The notes: generated from the letters alone by a model not told the origin. Shown: positions 18,949-29,095, counted from the stretch's first letter. The stretch: 64,000 nucleotides of DNA from Fimbriimonadaceae bacterium (GCA_019187105.1 JABAQM010000001.1:2012734-2076733); one strand, 5' to 3'. Translations and numbers: made by a program.

Positions 18949-20388
18949 GTGGAGTTCTTAATCCCCGTCATCTGTCTGCTAGTTGGCGCGGTGCTTGGGG
19001 TTGCCGCGTGGATGGCTGCCCAACGGCCGAGAATGGCCGATTTGGAAGTGCGCGGCCAGCGGCTCCAGTCCATCGAAGCCGAGCTTGTGGCGACGAAGTC
19101 CGGGCTCGCCGCTGCCGAAGAACGCGCTTCGCAGGCCGAGGAATGGAAGCAGCAGGCGATGGCCAAGGAGATTGAGATCAGCGAACTCCTCGTTGGCAGC
19201 AAAGAGCTTGAAACTCGACTGGCCGAAAAGGAAAAGGCCTTCGACGAGCAGCGCGAGATGCTCGAACAGATGAAGGAGAAGCTCAGCGACGCCTTCAAGG
19301 CTCTGGCGGGTGAGGCTCTGAACAAGAACAACCAGGCTTTTCTCGACCTTGCCAAGCAATCGCTGGAGGCCTACAACGTGGAGGCCAAGAAGGACCTTGA
19401 GGCACGGCAGGCGGAAATCAAGAAGATGACCGAGCCGATCGAAAAGACGCTCGACGGCATGAACAGGTCGATCAAGGATTTCAACGAAAAGTACGAAAAC
19501 CAGATGGGTGGGGTCTCGAAGCAGCTCAGCACGGTGATCGAAACCAACAGCCGCCTGCAGCAGGAGACCGGGAACTTGGTCAAGGCGATGCGGAACTCCA
19601 CCCAAAAGGGCAAGTGGGGAGAATTGCAGCTGCGCCGGATTGTCGAGCTGAGCGGCATGCAGCTTCACTGCGATTTTGTTTCGCAGGTTCGCGAAGCCAC
19701 CGAGGACGGTGCGATCCAGCCGGACGTCATCGTTCGCCTGCCCGGCGACCGCTGCATCGTTATCGATGCCAAGGCCCCGACGTCGAACTACCTCGATGCC
19801 GTGGAAGAAGGCGCGACCGAAGAGCGAAAGGTGGCGGCCCTTCGGCAGCATGCGCTCCAAGTCAAGGAGCACATGAAATCGCTGGGGCGGAAGGAGTATT
19901 GGTCGAAGCTCTCGCAATCGCCGGACTTCGTTATCATGTTCCTCCCGCTGGAGTCGCTGTTGAGCGCGGCCCTGGAGACGGATCCGACCCTGATCGAGAC
20001 CGGTCTGCGCGACCGTGTGCTCGTGTGCTCGCCGACCACGCTGATCGCGCTGCTCCAATCGGCAGCTTATGGATGGCGGCAGGAAGCTCTCCAGGAGAAC
20101 GCCCGCCAGATCGCCACGCTAGGCGAAGATATTTACAAGCGTCTTGGCAACTTGTGCGGGCATTTCTCACGTGTCGGCAACAGCCTCGACCAAGCCGTCG
20201 GCCACTACAATTCTGCCGTCGGCTCGTTCGAGTCCGGCGTCCTGCCATCGGCAAGGAAAATGAAGGAGCTTGGGGTGGGCGATGGCGGAAAGGAGATTCC
20301 GCAGCCACAACCGATCGAGAAGATCAGCCGCCGGCTTGCCGCCAAGGACATAAAGGCCCTTGTCGGTCCAGGACTTTTCGACGAGTAA
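18949..20388 (+). CDS. rmuC: DNA recombination protein RmuC
   Basis: An N-terminal TM segment, a long coiled-coil and the conserved GKWGELQLRRIVELSGM block are present. Confidence 0.85.
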   Translation: MEFLIPVICLLVGAVLGVAAWMAAQRPRMADLEVRGQRLQSIEAELVATKSGLAAAEERASQAEEWKQQAMAKEIEISELLVGSKELETRLAEKEKAFDEQREMLEQMKEKLSDAFKALAGEALNKNNQAFLDLAKQSLEAYNVEAKKDLEARQAEIKKMTEPIEKTLDGMNRSIKDFNEKYENQMGGVSKQLSTVIETNSRLQQETGNLVKAMRNSTQKGKWGELQLRRIVELSGMQLHCDFVSQVREATEDGAIQPDVIVRLPGDRCIVIDAKAPTSNYLDAVEEGATEERKVAALRQHALQVKEHMKSLGRKEYWSKLSQSPDFVIMFLPLESLLSAALETDPTLIETGLRDRVLVCSPTTLIALLQSAAYGWRQEALQENARQIATLGEDIYKRLGNLCGHFSRVGNSLDQAVGHYNSAVGSFESGVLPSARKMKELGVGDGGKEIPQPQPIEKISRRLAAKDIKALVGPGLFDE

Positions 20389-20410
20389 ACCGTCGGTATG
20401 CTAACCATCC

Positions 20411-21889
20411 ATGCTCGAAGCGAAAGGCATCCGTAAAGCCTTTCCCGGGGTCTTGGCTCTTGACGACGTCAGTATGAGCGTCGAGCAGGGCGAGGTCCGA
20501 GCGCTCATGGGCGAAAACGGCGCCGGCAAGTCGACCCTGATCAAGGTCCTCACCGGCGTGCATGCTCCCGATGCCGGCTCCATTCTTCTGGATGGCCAAC
20601 CGATCGCGCCAAGGTCGCCCGCCGACGCCATGCGCCTCGGCATGAGCACGGTCTACCAGGAGGTTAACCTCCTGCCCAACCTTTCCGTGGCAGAGAACGT
20701 TGCTTTCGGTAAGGAAACTCGAGGTCTCGTCAAATGGGGCGAGATGCGGCGTCTTGCCGAGCGAGCGATTGGCGCCCTGGGCATCAGCCTGGATGTGGAC
20801 CAGCCCTTGGATCGGCTATCGATGGCGGAGCGCCAGCTCGTGGCGATCGCGCGCGCGGTCGATCGCGACTCAAAGGTCCTCATTCTCGACGAGCCTACAT
20901 CCAGCCTCGATCGCGACGAAGTCGATAAGCTGTTCGCCGTCATCCGCGACCTCCAGAGTCGAGGGATCGCTTTGGTCTTCGTTACGCACTTCATCGAGCA
21001 GGTGTATGCCATCGCCGATTCCATCACCGTACTGCGGAATGGTCGGCATATCGGAACTTGGCCAAAGGCAGAGCTCTCTCGCTCCGATCTCGTTCGCGAG
21101 ATGCTCGGCAAGGAGCTACTCAGCGAAGCCGGCTCCAAGGAAGCCGCGAGGGCCGGGGAGATCGTGCTGGAGGCGGAGGAGATCGGTCGACGACGGTACC
21201 TTGAGCCGCTGAACCTTCAGGTCCGCTCCGGCGAAGTCTTGGGCTTGGGCGGGCTGTTGGGTTCCGGTCGGACAGAGACTCTCAAGCTCTTAACAGGGCT
21301 CGAGACGCACGATACGGGCAAGCTCAAGTGGAAACAACGTGCCGTCTCGATTCGATCGGTGGCCAAGGCCGTCAAGCTTGGAATCGGGCTTTGTCCCGAG
21401 GATCGAAAGGGAGAGGGCATCTGCCCGGGCCTGTCGGTGCGCGAAAACCTCCTGCTGGTTGTCCAATCTCAGGCAAGGTGGGCGCGCTTGATACCGCCAA
21501 AAAAGCAGGCGGCGCTGGTTGACGAGATGATCAATCTCCTGGGGATCAAAACCCCAGGTTCCGAAGCGCCGATCGAAAACCTGAGTGGCGGCAACCAGCA
21601 GAAGGTGATCCTTGCCCGCTGGCTACTTGCCAAGCCAGAGCTTCTCTTGCTCGATGAGCCGACACGGGGAATCGATGTCGGCAGCAAAGCGGAGATTCGC
21701 CGTCTGGTCCGCGAACTCGCCGCCAAGGGTATGGCGATCATCTTCACGTCCTCTGAGACCGAGGAGGTCGTGCATACCTGTGACCGAGTCCTGATCTTGC
21801 GAGACCGGAAAGCAGTCGGCGAGCTCTCCGGCGGCGACGTGTCCGAGGAGCAGATGCTCGATCGGATGGCTACAGGCGGTGCACCTTGA
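20411..21889 (+). CDS. Sugar ABC transporter ATP-binding protein (duplicated nucleotide-binding domains, RbsA/MglA/YtfR-like)
   Basis: There are two Walker A/ABC-signature modules (GENGAGKST...; LSGGNQQKV). Confidence 0.85.
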   Translation: MLEAKGIRKAFPGVLALDDVSMSVEQGEVRALMGENGAGKSTLIKVLTGVHAPDAGSILLDGQPIAPRSPADAMRLGMSTVYQEVNLLPNLSVAENVAFGKETRGLVKWGEMRRLAERAIGALGISLDVDQPLDRLSMAERQLVAIARAVDRDSKVLILDEPTSSLDRDEVDKLFAVIRDLQSRGIALVFVTHFIEQVYAIADSITVLRNGRHIGTWPKAELSRSDLVREMLGKELLSEAGSKEAARAGEIVLEAEEIGRRRYLEPLNLQVRSGEVLGLGGLLGSGRTETLKLLTGLETHDTGKLKWKQRAVSIRSVAKAVKLGIGLCPEDRKGEGICPGLSVRENLLLVVQSQARWARLIPPKKQAALVDEMINLLGIKTPGSEAPIENLSGGNQQKVILARWLLAKPELLLLDEPTRGIDVGSKAEIRRLVRELAAKGMAIIFTSSETEEVVHTCDRVLILRDRKAVGELSGGDVSEEQMLDRMATGGAP

Positions 21890-22851
21890 GCAGGGCCTGG
21901 ATCTGGCCGCTGGCGGCCTTGATCGCGTTGCTGCTGTTCAATGCGGTCTCAAGCCCGGAATTCTTCGCGATCCAGGTACGCGATGGCCGCCTCTTTGGGA
22001 GCCTGATCGACATTCTCAATCGTGGCGCCCCGGTGCTGCTGCTTTCCCTTGGCATGACGCTCGTGATCGCCACCGGCGGGGTGGATCTGTCGGTCGGCGC
22101 GGTGATGGCGATCTCGGGTGCGGTCGTGGCGAGCCTGATATCACAGGGTCAGGGCGCCGGCGTGTCGGTCGTGATTGCCCTTGCTGTAGCGGTCGCTATA
22201 GGAGGCTTCAACGGCGTCGTCGTGGGCTGGTTCAATGTGCAGCCAATCGTCGTCACGCTGGTGCTGATGGTGGCCGGCCGGGGAGTGGCGCAGCTCATCA
22301 CCGACGGCCAGATCATCACGCTGACGGATGCGAGCTTCGCTGAACTTGGATCCGGCGCGGTGGCCGGTTTTCCGATGCCGTTCGTGATCTTCTTGACGGC
22401 ATGGCTGCTCATCGCGGCGCTCACCCGGCGAACGTCGACCGGATTGTTCGTCGAGGCGGTCGGTTCCAGTGCGAAGGCCAGCCGAATCGCCGGAATCGAG
22501 CCTGCGAAGGTGAAGCTGGCCGTTTACGCTGTCTCCGGCCTGATGGCTGGGGTCGCTGGGTTGATTGCCTGTGCCGACATTCGCGCCGCCGATGCGAACA
22601 ACGCAGGGCTCTTTCTGGAGCTCGACGCCATCCTCGCGGTTTGCATTGGGGGCACCGCCCTCACCGGTGGACGGTTCTCACTGGTTGGCTCGGTTCTGGG
22701 CGCCTTGCTCATGCAGACCCTCACAACGACGATCCTAACAAGGGGCGTTTCACCGGAGCTGACCTTCGTCGCCAAAGCCATCCTCATCATCGCGGTTTGC
22801 CTGATGCACTCACCTGAGATCGTTCGAAAACTGGGTAGGGCGACAGTATGA
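21886..22851 (+). CDS. Sugar ABC transporter permease (RbsC/YtfT-like)
   Basis: A polytopic membrane protein of the branched monosaccharide permease family. It shows 4-nt overlaps with both neighbouring genes. Confidence 0.8.
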   Translation: MSRAWIWPLAALIALLLFNAVSSPEFFAIQVRDGRLFGSLIDILNRGAPVLLLSLGMTLVIATGGVDLSVGAVMAISGAVVASLISQGQGAGVSVVIALAVAVAIGGFNGVVVGWFNVQPIVVTLVLMVAGRGVAQLITDGQIITLTDASFAELGSGAVAGFPMPFVIFLTAWLLIAALTRRTSTGLFVEAVGSSAKASRIAGIEPAKVKLAVYAVSGLMAGVAGLIACADIRAADANNAGLFLELDAILAVCIGGTALTGGRFSLVGSVLGALLMQTLTTTILTRGVSPELTFVAKAILIIAVCLMHSPEIVRKLGRATV

Positions 22852-23804
22852 GGGCGGTCGCTCGAAATCTCCCTGTGCTTGCCACATTCGCGGTCTGTTT
22901 GGCGATGTATGTCGTGGCGGGGTTGCGTTACGATGGGTTCTTTTCCTTGCGCGTGTTCCTTAACTTCTTTGGCGACAACGCGTTTCTCGGGATCGTGGCA
23001 ATTGGCATGACGTTCGTGATCTTGAGCGGGGGTATCGACCTAAGTGTCGGCGCCCTGATGGGATGCTCCTCAATTGCGATCGCTGTTCTTAGTGATCGCT
23101 CCGGCTGGCACCCGTTTGCCGCCTTCGGCCTTGTCCTTGTCGCCGGCCTCGCCCTCGGTTCCGTTCATGGGTGGCTGATCCAGCGCTTTTCGTTGCCGCC
23201 GTTTCTGGTCACCCTTGCCGGGCTGTTTTTCTGCCGAGGTATCGGCCTGTGGATCAGCAAGGAATCCGTTCAGATGGACCATCCACTGTTCAGCGCCCTC
23301 GGTGATATGAGGCTGGCCTTGGCCGACCGCGCCTGGCTCTCGTTTCCGGCGATGCTGTTTCTTGCCGTAGCGGTCATGGCCGCACTGGTCGCTCGCTATT
23401 CCCCCTTTGGAAGAACGGTCTATGCGATTGGTGGCAGTGAATCCTCGGCTCAGCTGATGGGGTTGCCCGTTGCCAGAACCAAGATTGCAGTTTATGCGCT
23501 GAGCGGGGTGCTCGCTGCCCTGGGAGGCGTCGTGCTGAGCATCTACACCTCGGCCGGAAACGCGACGGCCGGGGCGGGCATGGAGCTCGATGCGATCGCC
23601 GCCGTGGTTATCGGTGGAACGCTGTTGAGCGGTGGCTACGGGTCAATCGTCGGAACGGTACTCGGCCTTCTGATTTTCGCCATCATCCAGTCGGCGATCA
23701 TTTTCGATGGAAACCTGAGCACGTGGTGGAGCAAGATCGTGACCGGAACGCTATTGCTGGTTTTCATTCTGCTGCAGAGAGTGCTGAACCGCAGCCGTGC
23801 TTAA
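22848..23804 (+). CDS. Sugar ABC transporter permease (second subunit, YjfF-like)
   Basis: A paralogous polytopic permease that is translationally coupled to the preceding one. Confidence 0.8.
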   Translation: MRAVARNLPVLATFAVCLAMYVVAGLRYDGFFSLRVFLNFFGDNAFLGIVAIGMTFVILSGGIDLSVGALMGCSSIAIAVLSDRSGWHPFAAFGLVLVAGLALGSVHGWLIQRFSLPPFLVTLAGLFFCRGIGLWISKESVQMDHPLFSALGDMRLALADRAWLSFPAMLFLAVAVMAALVARYSPFGRTVYAIGGSESSAQLMGLPVARTKIAVYALSGVLAALGGVVLSIYTSAGNATAGAGMELDAIAAVVIGGTLLSGGYGSIVGTVLGLLIFAIIQSAIIFDGNLSTWWSKIVTGTLLLVFILLQRVLNRSRA

Positions 23805-23867
23805 CATCCGCTTTTGGACTCGCTGATTTGCTTGATCCCCTGCTATCCTAGATGGAGAGCAATCGAC

Positions 23868-25238
23868 ATGAGCGAACGAACATCTCGACGACAGTTTCTC
23901 AAGGCAACCGGTGGGCTTGCCGCGGCAGCCGCCCTCCCGAAAGCAGCCTTTCCGACCGTAAATGTTCAAAGCAGCGACACCATCCGTGTCGCTTTGGTCG
24001 GATGTGGCGGCCGTGGCAGCGGCGCGGCCTTCAACGCCCTCTCCGTCCCCGGTGGCGGCACCAAGCTCGTGGCGATGGCCGACGCATTCGAAGATCGCCT
24101 TAAGGGGAGCTACGGCTGGCTGTCGAAGGAAATGGCGAAGGACGTCGACGTGCCCGAAGAGCGCCGCTTCATCGGTTTCGATGCCTACCGCCACGCGATG
24201 GATTGCCTTCGTCCCGGCGATGTGGTAATTCTCGCCACGCCTCCTGCGTTCCGATGGGTGCATTTCCAGTACGCGATCGAGAAGAAGCTCAATGTGTTCA
24301 TGGAAAAGCCGGTCACGGTCGACGGCCCAACCAGCAAGCGCATGCTGCAGCTTGCCGACAAGGCGACGGCGGCGAAGCTCAAAGTCGGTGTCGGGCTCAT
24401 GTCGCGCCACGCGCGCAACCTTCAGGAGCTTCGCAAGCGGATCGGAGATGGTGCGCTGGGCGACATCATTTTGATGCGGGCTTATCGCATGCATGGCCCG
24501 GCTGCGTACTTCGAATCCGTTCCAAAACCGGAGACCGTTTCGGACCTTGAATATCAGATCCGCCGATTCCACAGCTTCCTTTGGGCCAGCGGCGGAGCCT
24601 ACAGCGACTTCTACATCCACCTCGTCGACCATATCTGCTGGATGAAGAACGCCTGGCCGGTGAGCGCCCATGGCCTCGGCGGTCGTCACTATCGGGTTAA
24701 CGAAAACGGCGTCACGCTCGTGGACCAGAACCTGGACACCTACTCGATCGAATACACGTTCGCGGATGGGACCAAGTTCTTCTTCGACGGTCGTTGTGTG
24801 AACGGCGCGGTCGGCATGTACTCGAGCTATCTGCATGGCACCAAGGGCTGTGCGGTTGCCTCGCGGGCGAACGACTGCGGAGGCCCCTCCGCCATCTACA
24901 AGGGCCAGAACCCCGATACCGGTATCGCGGTGTGGGAATCCAACGACGACACGAACCCCTACCAGAACGAATGGGACGCCTTGATCGACGCCATTCGCAA
25001 CGACAAGCCGTTCAACGAAGTCAAACGCGGGGTGCAGGCAAGTTTGGTGACGAGCATGGGCCGCATGGCCGCTCATACCGGCCAGGTGATCACGTATGAC
25101 GGCATCTTGAACGGGGACCACGAGTTCGCCCCGGGCCTGGACAAGCTGACTGCGGACACTCCGGCGCCGCTCCAGCCGAACGCCGATGGCCGCTACCCGG
25201 TTCCGATGCCCGGCATCACGAAGTTACGGGAATATTAA
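23868..25238 (+). CDS. Gfo/Idh/MocA family oxidoreductase with Tat signal peptide
   Basis: The twin-arginine motif SRRQFLKATGGLAAAAALP is followed by a Rossmann motif, VALVGCGGRGSGAA. The start is set at the Met preceding the Tat motif. Confidence 0.8.
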   Translation: MSERTSRRQFLKATGGLAAAAALPKAAFPTVNVQSSDTIRVALVGCGGRGSGAAFNALSVPGGGTKLVAMADAFEDRLKGSYGWLSKEMAKDVDVPEERRFIGFDAYRHAMDCLRPGDVVILATPPAFRWVHFQYAIEKKLNVFMEKPVTVDGPTSKRMLQLADKATAAKLKVGVGLMSRHARNLQELRKRIGDGALGDIILMRAYRMHGPAAYFESVPKPETVSDLEYQIRRFHSFLWASGGAYSDFYIHLVDHICWMKNAWPVSAHGLGGRHYRVNENGVTLVDQNLDTYSIEYTFADGTKFFFDGRCVNGAVGMYSSYLHGTKGCAVASRANDCGGPSAIYKGQNPDTGIAVWESNDDTNPYQNEWDALIDAIRNDKPFNEVKRGVQASLVTSMGRMAAHTGQVITYDGILNGDHEFAPGLDKLTADTPAPLQPNADGRYPVPMPGITKLREY

Positions 25239-25283
25239 CGGCGAACCGTTAGAATCACCCGGCATCTCCCACAATAGGAGAAA

Positions 25284-25772
25284 ATGCCGGAAGTTGCCGA
25301 GTGGTCGAGCAAGGAGAAACTGAGCGAAGCTTGGTCGCGATATGGTGCGACGATCTATCTTGCAGCCGCGAACATCGCCGCGCTAGCGTGGTTCTCGATT
25401 CCGCTGTGGCCCTTTTTTGTCCCCGGCCTTGGTTTGGAGCCGCTCTTGATTCTTTACCTCGTCTGGAACGTAGTGACCGGCCTGATGATCTATCGGTTCG
25501 GTGTGATCCAGGAGGACGTACGCACTCGCAACCTTCAAGCTTTCCTGGAGCCCGAAGCCGCATCGTTCCTCCTCCGGTTCACCGGCTTCATCCTTTTTGC
25601 CATCCTGGCGATCTTGCTGGCCCTTGGTCTGGTGGTTCACTGGCTAGCGCTTGGACTGCTCCTCGGCTTAGCCGCCTGGCTAGCCGGACTCTCTTCTTGG
25701 CTATTGGTGCTCGGCCTGCCCATCGTTGGCTTGGAACTCTGGTGGATTGCCCACCGCCGGCCCAGATGCTGA
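25284..25772 (+). CDS. Hypothetical integral membrane protein
   Basis: Four hydrophobic helices are apparent. No known motif was found. Confidence 0.45.
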   Translation: MPEVAEWSSKEKLSEAWSRYGATIYLAAANIAALAWFSIPLWPFFVPGLGLEPLLILYLVWNVVTGLMIYRFGVIQEDVRTRNLQAFLEPEAASFLLRFTGFILFAILAILLALGLVVHWLALGLLLGLAAWLAGLSSWLLVLGLPIVGLELWWIAHRRPRC

Positions 25773-25776
25773 CCCG

Positions 25777-26748
25777 CTACCCCATACCTGGCAGAACCCT
25801 TACATACGCCTTTGCGCCCGGGTACTTCTTCAGCAGCCTGTTTCGCGAAGAGGGGGTAACGATGGTGAGAGCCGTCGAGAGCGGGTCAGAGGTCAGCCCG
25901 TCCCGGGCCACCACCGTCGCTTGAACCCGGTTGGTTATGGCCATTCCGGTTCGCGGATCGACGACATGCGAGTGGCGAACCCCACCGATGACGGTGAATT
26001 GCTCGGTGTCGCCTGAGGAAGACACCGCGCAGTTCTTGAGCACCATATCGGCCGGCGCATGCTCACGGCCGGCATTCGGCACCCGAATCCTCCATCCCTT
26101 CGTTGTCGGCGGAGCATCGCCGAGCACCAGATCGCCGCCCATTTCCACCAACGCCGACGTTAGTCCTTGCCCCTTGAGAATGCGTACCGCCTCGTCGCAC
26201 GCGTAGCCCTTGGCGATGGCGCCGAGGTCCAGTCTCATTCCTGGCAGGGCCAGCTTCGCCGCCGAAGCCTTAGGGTCGAGTGTCAGATGTTTCCAGCCAA
26301 CCAGTCGCCTGGCGGCGGCGATTTCCGATGCGGATGGGAGTTTGCCCGTGCGGCGCGCCTGTCGCCACAACCGAATGATTGGGCCGGACGTTATGTCGAA
26401 CGCACCTCCGGAAAGCTTCGAAATCTCCTGAGCTCTGGCGAACACCCGGAAGAGATCGGGAGATATCTTCCTCCGACCACCGCCGGCCTTATCGCAAAAT
26501 CTCATCAGCTCGCTGTCCTGCCGGTAGTCGCTCATGATCGTGTCGATCTCGGCGATTCGCTTGTAGGCTGCCTCACAAGCGTCCTCGGCCCTTGCCTGAT
26601 TGGGCGCATAGACGACGATGCGGGCCTCCATTCCCATATGAACCTGGGTAAAAGTAAAGCGTTCGAGGTCTTCGCCGACGACGTCGAGGCCGGTCACCCC
26701 ACCAACACCCATGATGACCCTAACTGCGATTGCCGCGACGCTGATCAT
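25777..26748 (-). CDS. apbE: FAD:protein FMN transferase (ApbE family)
   Basis: FTFTQVHMGMEARIVVY (the MGT region) and DLGAIAKGYACDEA are family hallmarks. Confidence 0.8.
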   Translation of the reverse strand: MISVAAIAVRVIMGVGGVTGLDVVGEDLERFTFTQVHMGMEARIVVYAPNQARAEDACEAAYKRIAEIDTIMSDYRQDSELMRFCDKAGGGRRKISPDLFRVFARAQEISKLSGGAFDITSGPIIRLWRQARRTGKLPSASEIAAARRLVGWKHLTLDPKASAAKLALPGMRLDLGAIAKGYACDEAVRILKGQGLTSALVEMGGDLVLGDAPPTTKGWRIRVPNAGREHAPADMVLKNCAVSSSGDTEQFTVIGGVRHSHVVDPRTGMAITNRVQATVVARDGLTSDPLSTALTIVTPSSRNRLLKKYPGAKAYVRVLPGMG

Positions 26749-27499
26749 TCCGAACGTAGGCTTACCCCACCAGGGTAAGGCCTATACCGAGACCCTTCCC
26801 AAGTCCGCGGTGAAAATCGCGATGGTTCCTGTTCCAGGCGGGACGCTGAAGATTGGCGGCAAGACCGTAACCGTGAAGCCATTTATGATCGCCAAGACGG
26901 AGCTGACGTGGGAAGCCTATGACGCATTCCTCGCCAGCGGCGAGCCCTCTCGGGCTTATGACCAGACCGAGTTCGGGCCGGACGCGATCGCCCGCCCGAG
27001 CAAGAGCTACATCCTTCCCGACCTGGGTTGGGGGCATAACGGCTACCCGGTGATCAACGTTAGCTCCCTTGGCGCCCAGATGTTCTGCCGCTGGTTGGCC
27101 TCCGTGACCAAGAAGAAGTACCGGCTTCCGACGGAAGCGGAATGGGAATGGGCCTGCCGATCGGCGAAGCCGGATGGCGCCGTGCCCGCATCGGCCCTTG
27201 CCAAACAGGCCTGGTACAAGGCGAACGCGAACAACAAGACCCACCCGGTCGGCAAGCTCGCTCCCAACGGCCTCGGCCTGTTCGATATGTATGGCAACGT
27301 CGGCGAATGGGCGACGGACCTATCGGGACGGTTCGTGCTGTGCGGCGGCACGTTCCGCGACGAAGCGGCCAAAGTCACGCCGACGGCGCGGCAGTACTGG
27401 TCGCCGAAGTGGCAGGAGAAGGACCCTCAGATTCCCAAGAGCCGCTGGTGGCTCTCCAATGGGTCGTTCGTCGGCATCCGAGTCGTCAGGGGAACGTAG
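26711..27499 (+). CDS. Formylglycine-generating enzyme family (SUMF1/FGE-sulfatase domain) protein
   Basis: MVPVPGGTLKIGG...RLPTEAEWEWACR...GLFDMYGNVGEWA are typical of the family. The start is uncertain; the ORF 5' end overlaps the divergent apbE 5' end, and an internal Met lies at 26819. Confidence 0.75.
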   Translation: MMTLTAIAATLIIPNVGLPHQGKAYTETLPKSAVKIAMVPVPGGTLKIGGKTVTVKPFMIAKTELTWEAYDAFLASGEPSRAYDQTEFGPDAIARPSKSYILPDLGWGHNGYPVINVSSLGAQMFCRWLASVTKKKYRLPTEAEWEWACRSAKPDGAVPASALAKQAWYKANANNKTHPVGKLAPNGLGLFDMYGNVGEWATDLSGRFVLCGGTFRDEAAKVTPTARQYWSPKWQEKDPQIPKSRWWLSNGSFVGIRVVRGT

Positions 27500-27720
27500 G
27501 TGCTGTTACGGTAGGTAACGGCTCAAGGCACTGCTGCACGGATGCCCTCTTGAGGCCCAGGTAGGGCCGCTATTCCATTCCGGCCCTTCGGGCCTGCACC
27601 TTCGGCAGACCGAGGCGAGGGTTCATGGCTTTGAGGTGGAATGACCGTTCTTGCTTCCTGCCGGTACTGTAAGATGGAGGTGCAGACGCAGGGGCACCCA
27701 GCGCCCGTAGATAGCCCAAC

Positions 27721-28677
27721 ATGTTTGCTCTCCTCGCCACTCTGTTGCTGCAATCGGACGATAGGCTTGTCATCAATGGCGTCGACGGGCCGGACAAGGG
27801 AAAGCACGTCGTTCTCCTCGCCGGCGACGAGGAGTATCGATCCGAAGAAGGCTTGCCCCAACTCGCCAAGATTCTGGCGAAGCGGCACGGTTTCACCTGC
27901 ACGGTGCTCTTCTCAATCGACAAGCAGGGGTTCATCGACCCCAAAACGCAGGACAATCAGCCCGGGCTCGATGCCATCGCCAAGGCCGATGCCTGCATCA
28001 TGCTGCTGCGCTTTCGACAGTGGCCCGATGAGCAGATGCGGCACTTCGACGCCTACGTGAAGGCGGGCAAGCCGATCATCGCCCTTCGCACCAGCACGCA
28101 CGCGTTTGCCTTCCCACCCGATTCGAAGAGCGCGTATCGTCGGTATGGTTGGCAATCCAACGAGTGGTCGGGCGGGTTTGGCGAGCAGGTGCTGGGGGAG
28201 AACTGGATCAGCCATTGGGGAGACCACGGCAGGGAGGCCACGCGGGCGGTTTCGGTCGCCAGGCATGCGATATTGAACGGCGTAGGCGAGATCTTCGGCG
28301 ATTCCGACGTTTACGAGGCCCATCCTCCTTCCGACGCCGAGATCCTGATGCGTGGCCTCGTTCTCAGCGGGATGGGACGCCTCGATCCGCCGGCATCCCG
28401 CCGCAAGGCGACGGAAAAGGGCAAAGAGCAGCCGGTCAACGACCCCGCGATGCCGGTGGTGTGGCTACGGTCGCCCAAAACGATGGTCTGCACCATGGGC
28501 GCCGCCACCGATTTGCTGGACGAGAGCCTGCGGCGGCTGATCGTCAACGCGGTCTATTGGTATGTTGGACTGAAGGTCCCAGATCGAGCCGACGTCTCGC
28601 TGGTGGGCGATTACAATCCATCCAAGTTCGGATTCGACGCGTTCAAAAAGGGCGTACGACCGACTGATTTGCGCTGA
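27721..28677 (+). CDS. ThuA domain-containing protein (putative glutamine-amidotransferase-like fold)
   Basis: GKHVVLLAGDEEYRSEEGLPQLAKIL...KADACIMLLRF...AGKPIIALRTSTHAF is the ThuA-like pattern. Confidence 0.7.
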   Translation: MFALLATLLLQSDDRLVINGVDGPDKGKHVVLLAGDEEYRSEEGLPQLAKILAKRHGFTCTVLFSIDKQGFIDPKTQDNQPGLDAIAKADACIMLLRFRQWPDEQMRHFDAYVKAGKPIIALRTSTHAFAFPPDSKSAYRRYGWQSNEWSGGFGEQVLGENWISHWGDHGREATRAVSVARHAILNGVGEIFGDSDVYEAHPPSDAEILMRGLVLSGMGRLDPPASRRKATEKGKEQPVNDPAMPVVWLRSPKTMVCTMGAATDLLDESLRRLIVNAVYWYVGLKVPDRADVSLVGDYNPSKFGFDAFKKGVRPTDLR

Positions 28678-28696
28678 GCTGTGGGATGCTAGAGGA

Positions 28697-29095
28697 ATGG
28701 CTAGAAGCGCGCGGCTTCTCTTCAAGTCGACGATGTTCCCGATCCAACCGGGGGAGGATCAATCCACGAATCCTGGCATTTACGGCAAGACTCTTGCCGA
28801 GTGGCTGATGAGGGAACTGCGGCAACGAGGCGTGCCCGCAATCGAGGTGGATTCCGAGGACTTTGGATGGTGGATTGAGATCGAATCCAAGCCGAATTCC
28901 ATGGCCGTGTATTGCGGCAGTATCGATGGCGAGACCGACGCTTGGTGGGTAATGGCAAAGGCCGACGGCAGGATTCTGGACCGAATTCTGAAACGTGACC
29001 AGAGCCGTGACCGCCTGGAGAATCTCTATGCCCAGCTAAAGTCCATTCTTGGGGCAGAGGCTCGCATCACTGAAATCGCAGTGGAGCAAGATTGA
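28697..29095 (+). CDS. Hypothetical small cytosolic protein
   Basis: A 132-aa ORF with the Shine-Dalgarno sequence AGAGGAA immediately upstream. No recognisable motifs were found. Confidence 0.45.
   Translation: MARSARLLFKSTMFPIQPGEDQSTNPGIYGKTLAEWLMRELRQRGVPAIEVDSEDFGWWIEIESKPNSMAVYCGSIDGETDAWWVMAKADGRILDRILKRDQSRDRLENLYAQLKSILGAEARITEIAVEQD

Noticed and set aside
18979-20058. 359-aa minus-strand ORF antisense to rmuC, and many similar long antisense or alternate-frame ORFs (e.g. 49191..50138, 38151..39239, 23751..25121, 34037..34813, 1253..1648, 2939..3529)
   Set aside because: These are typical high-GC stop-codon-poor artifacts. They are Arg, Pro and Gly-rich low-complexity translations that fully overlap well-supported genes with recognisable motifs on the other strand or frame.
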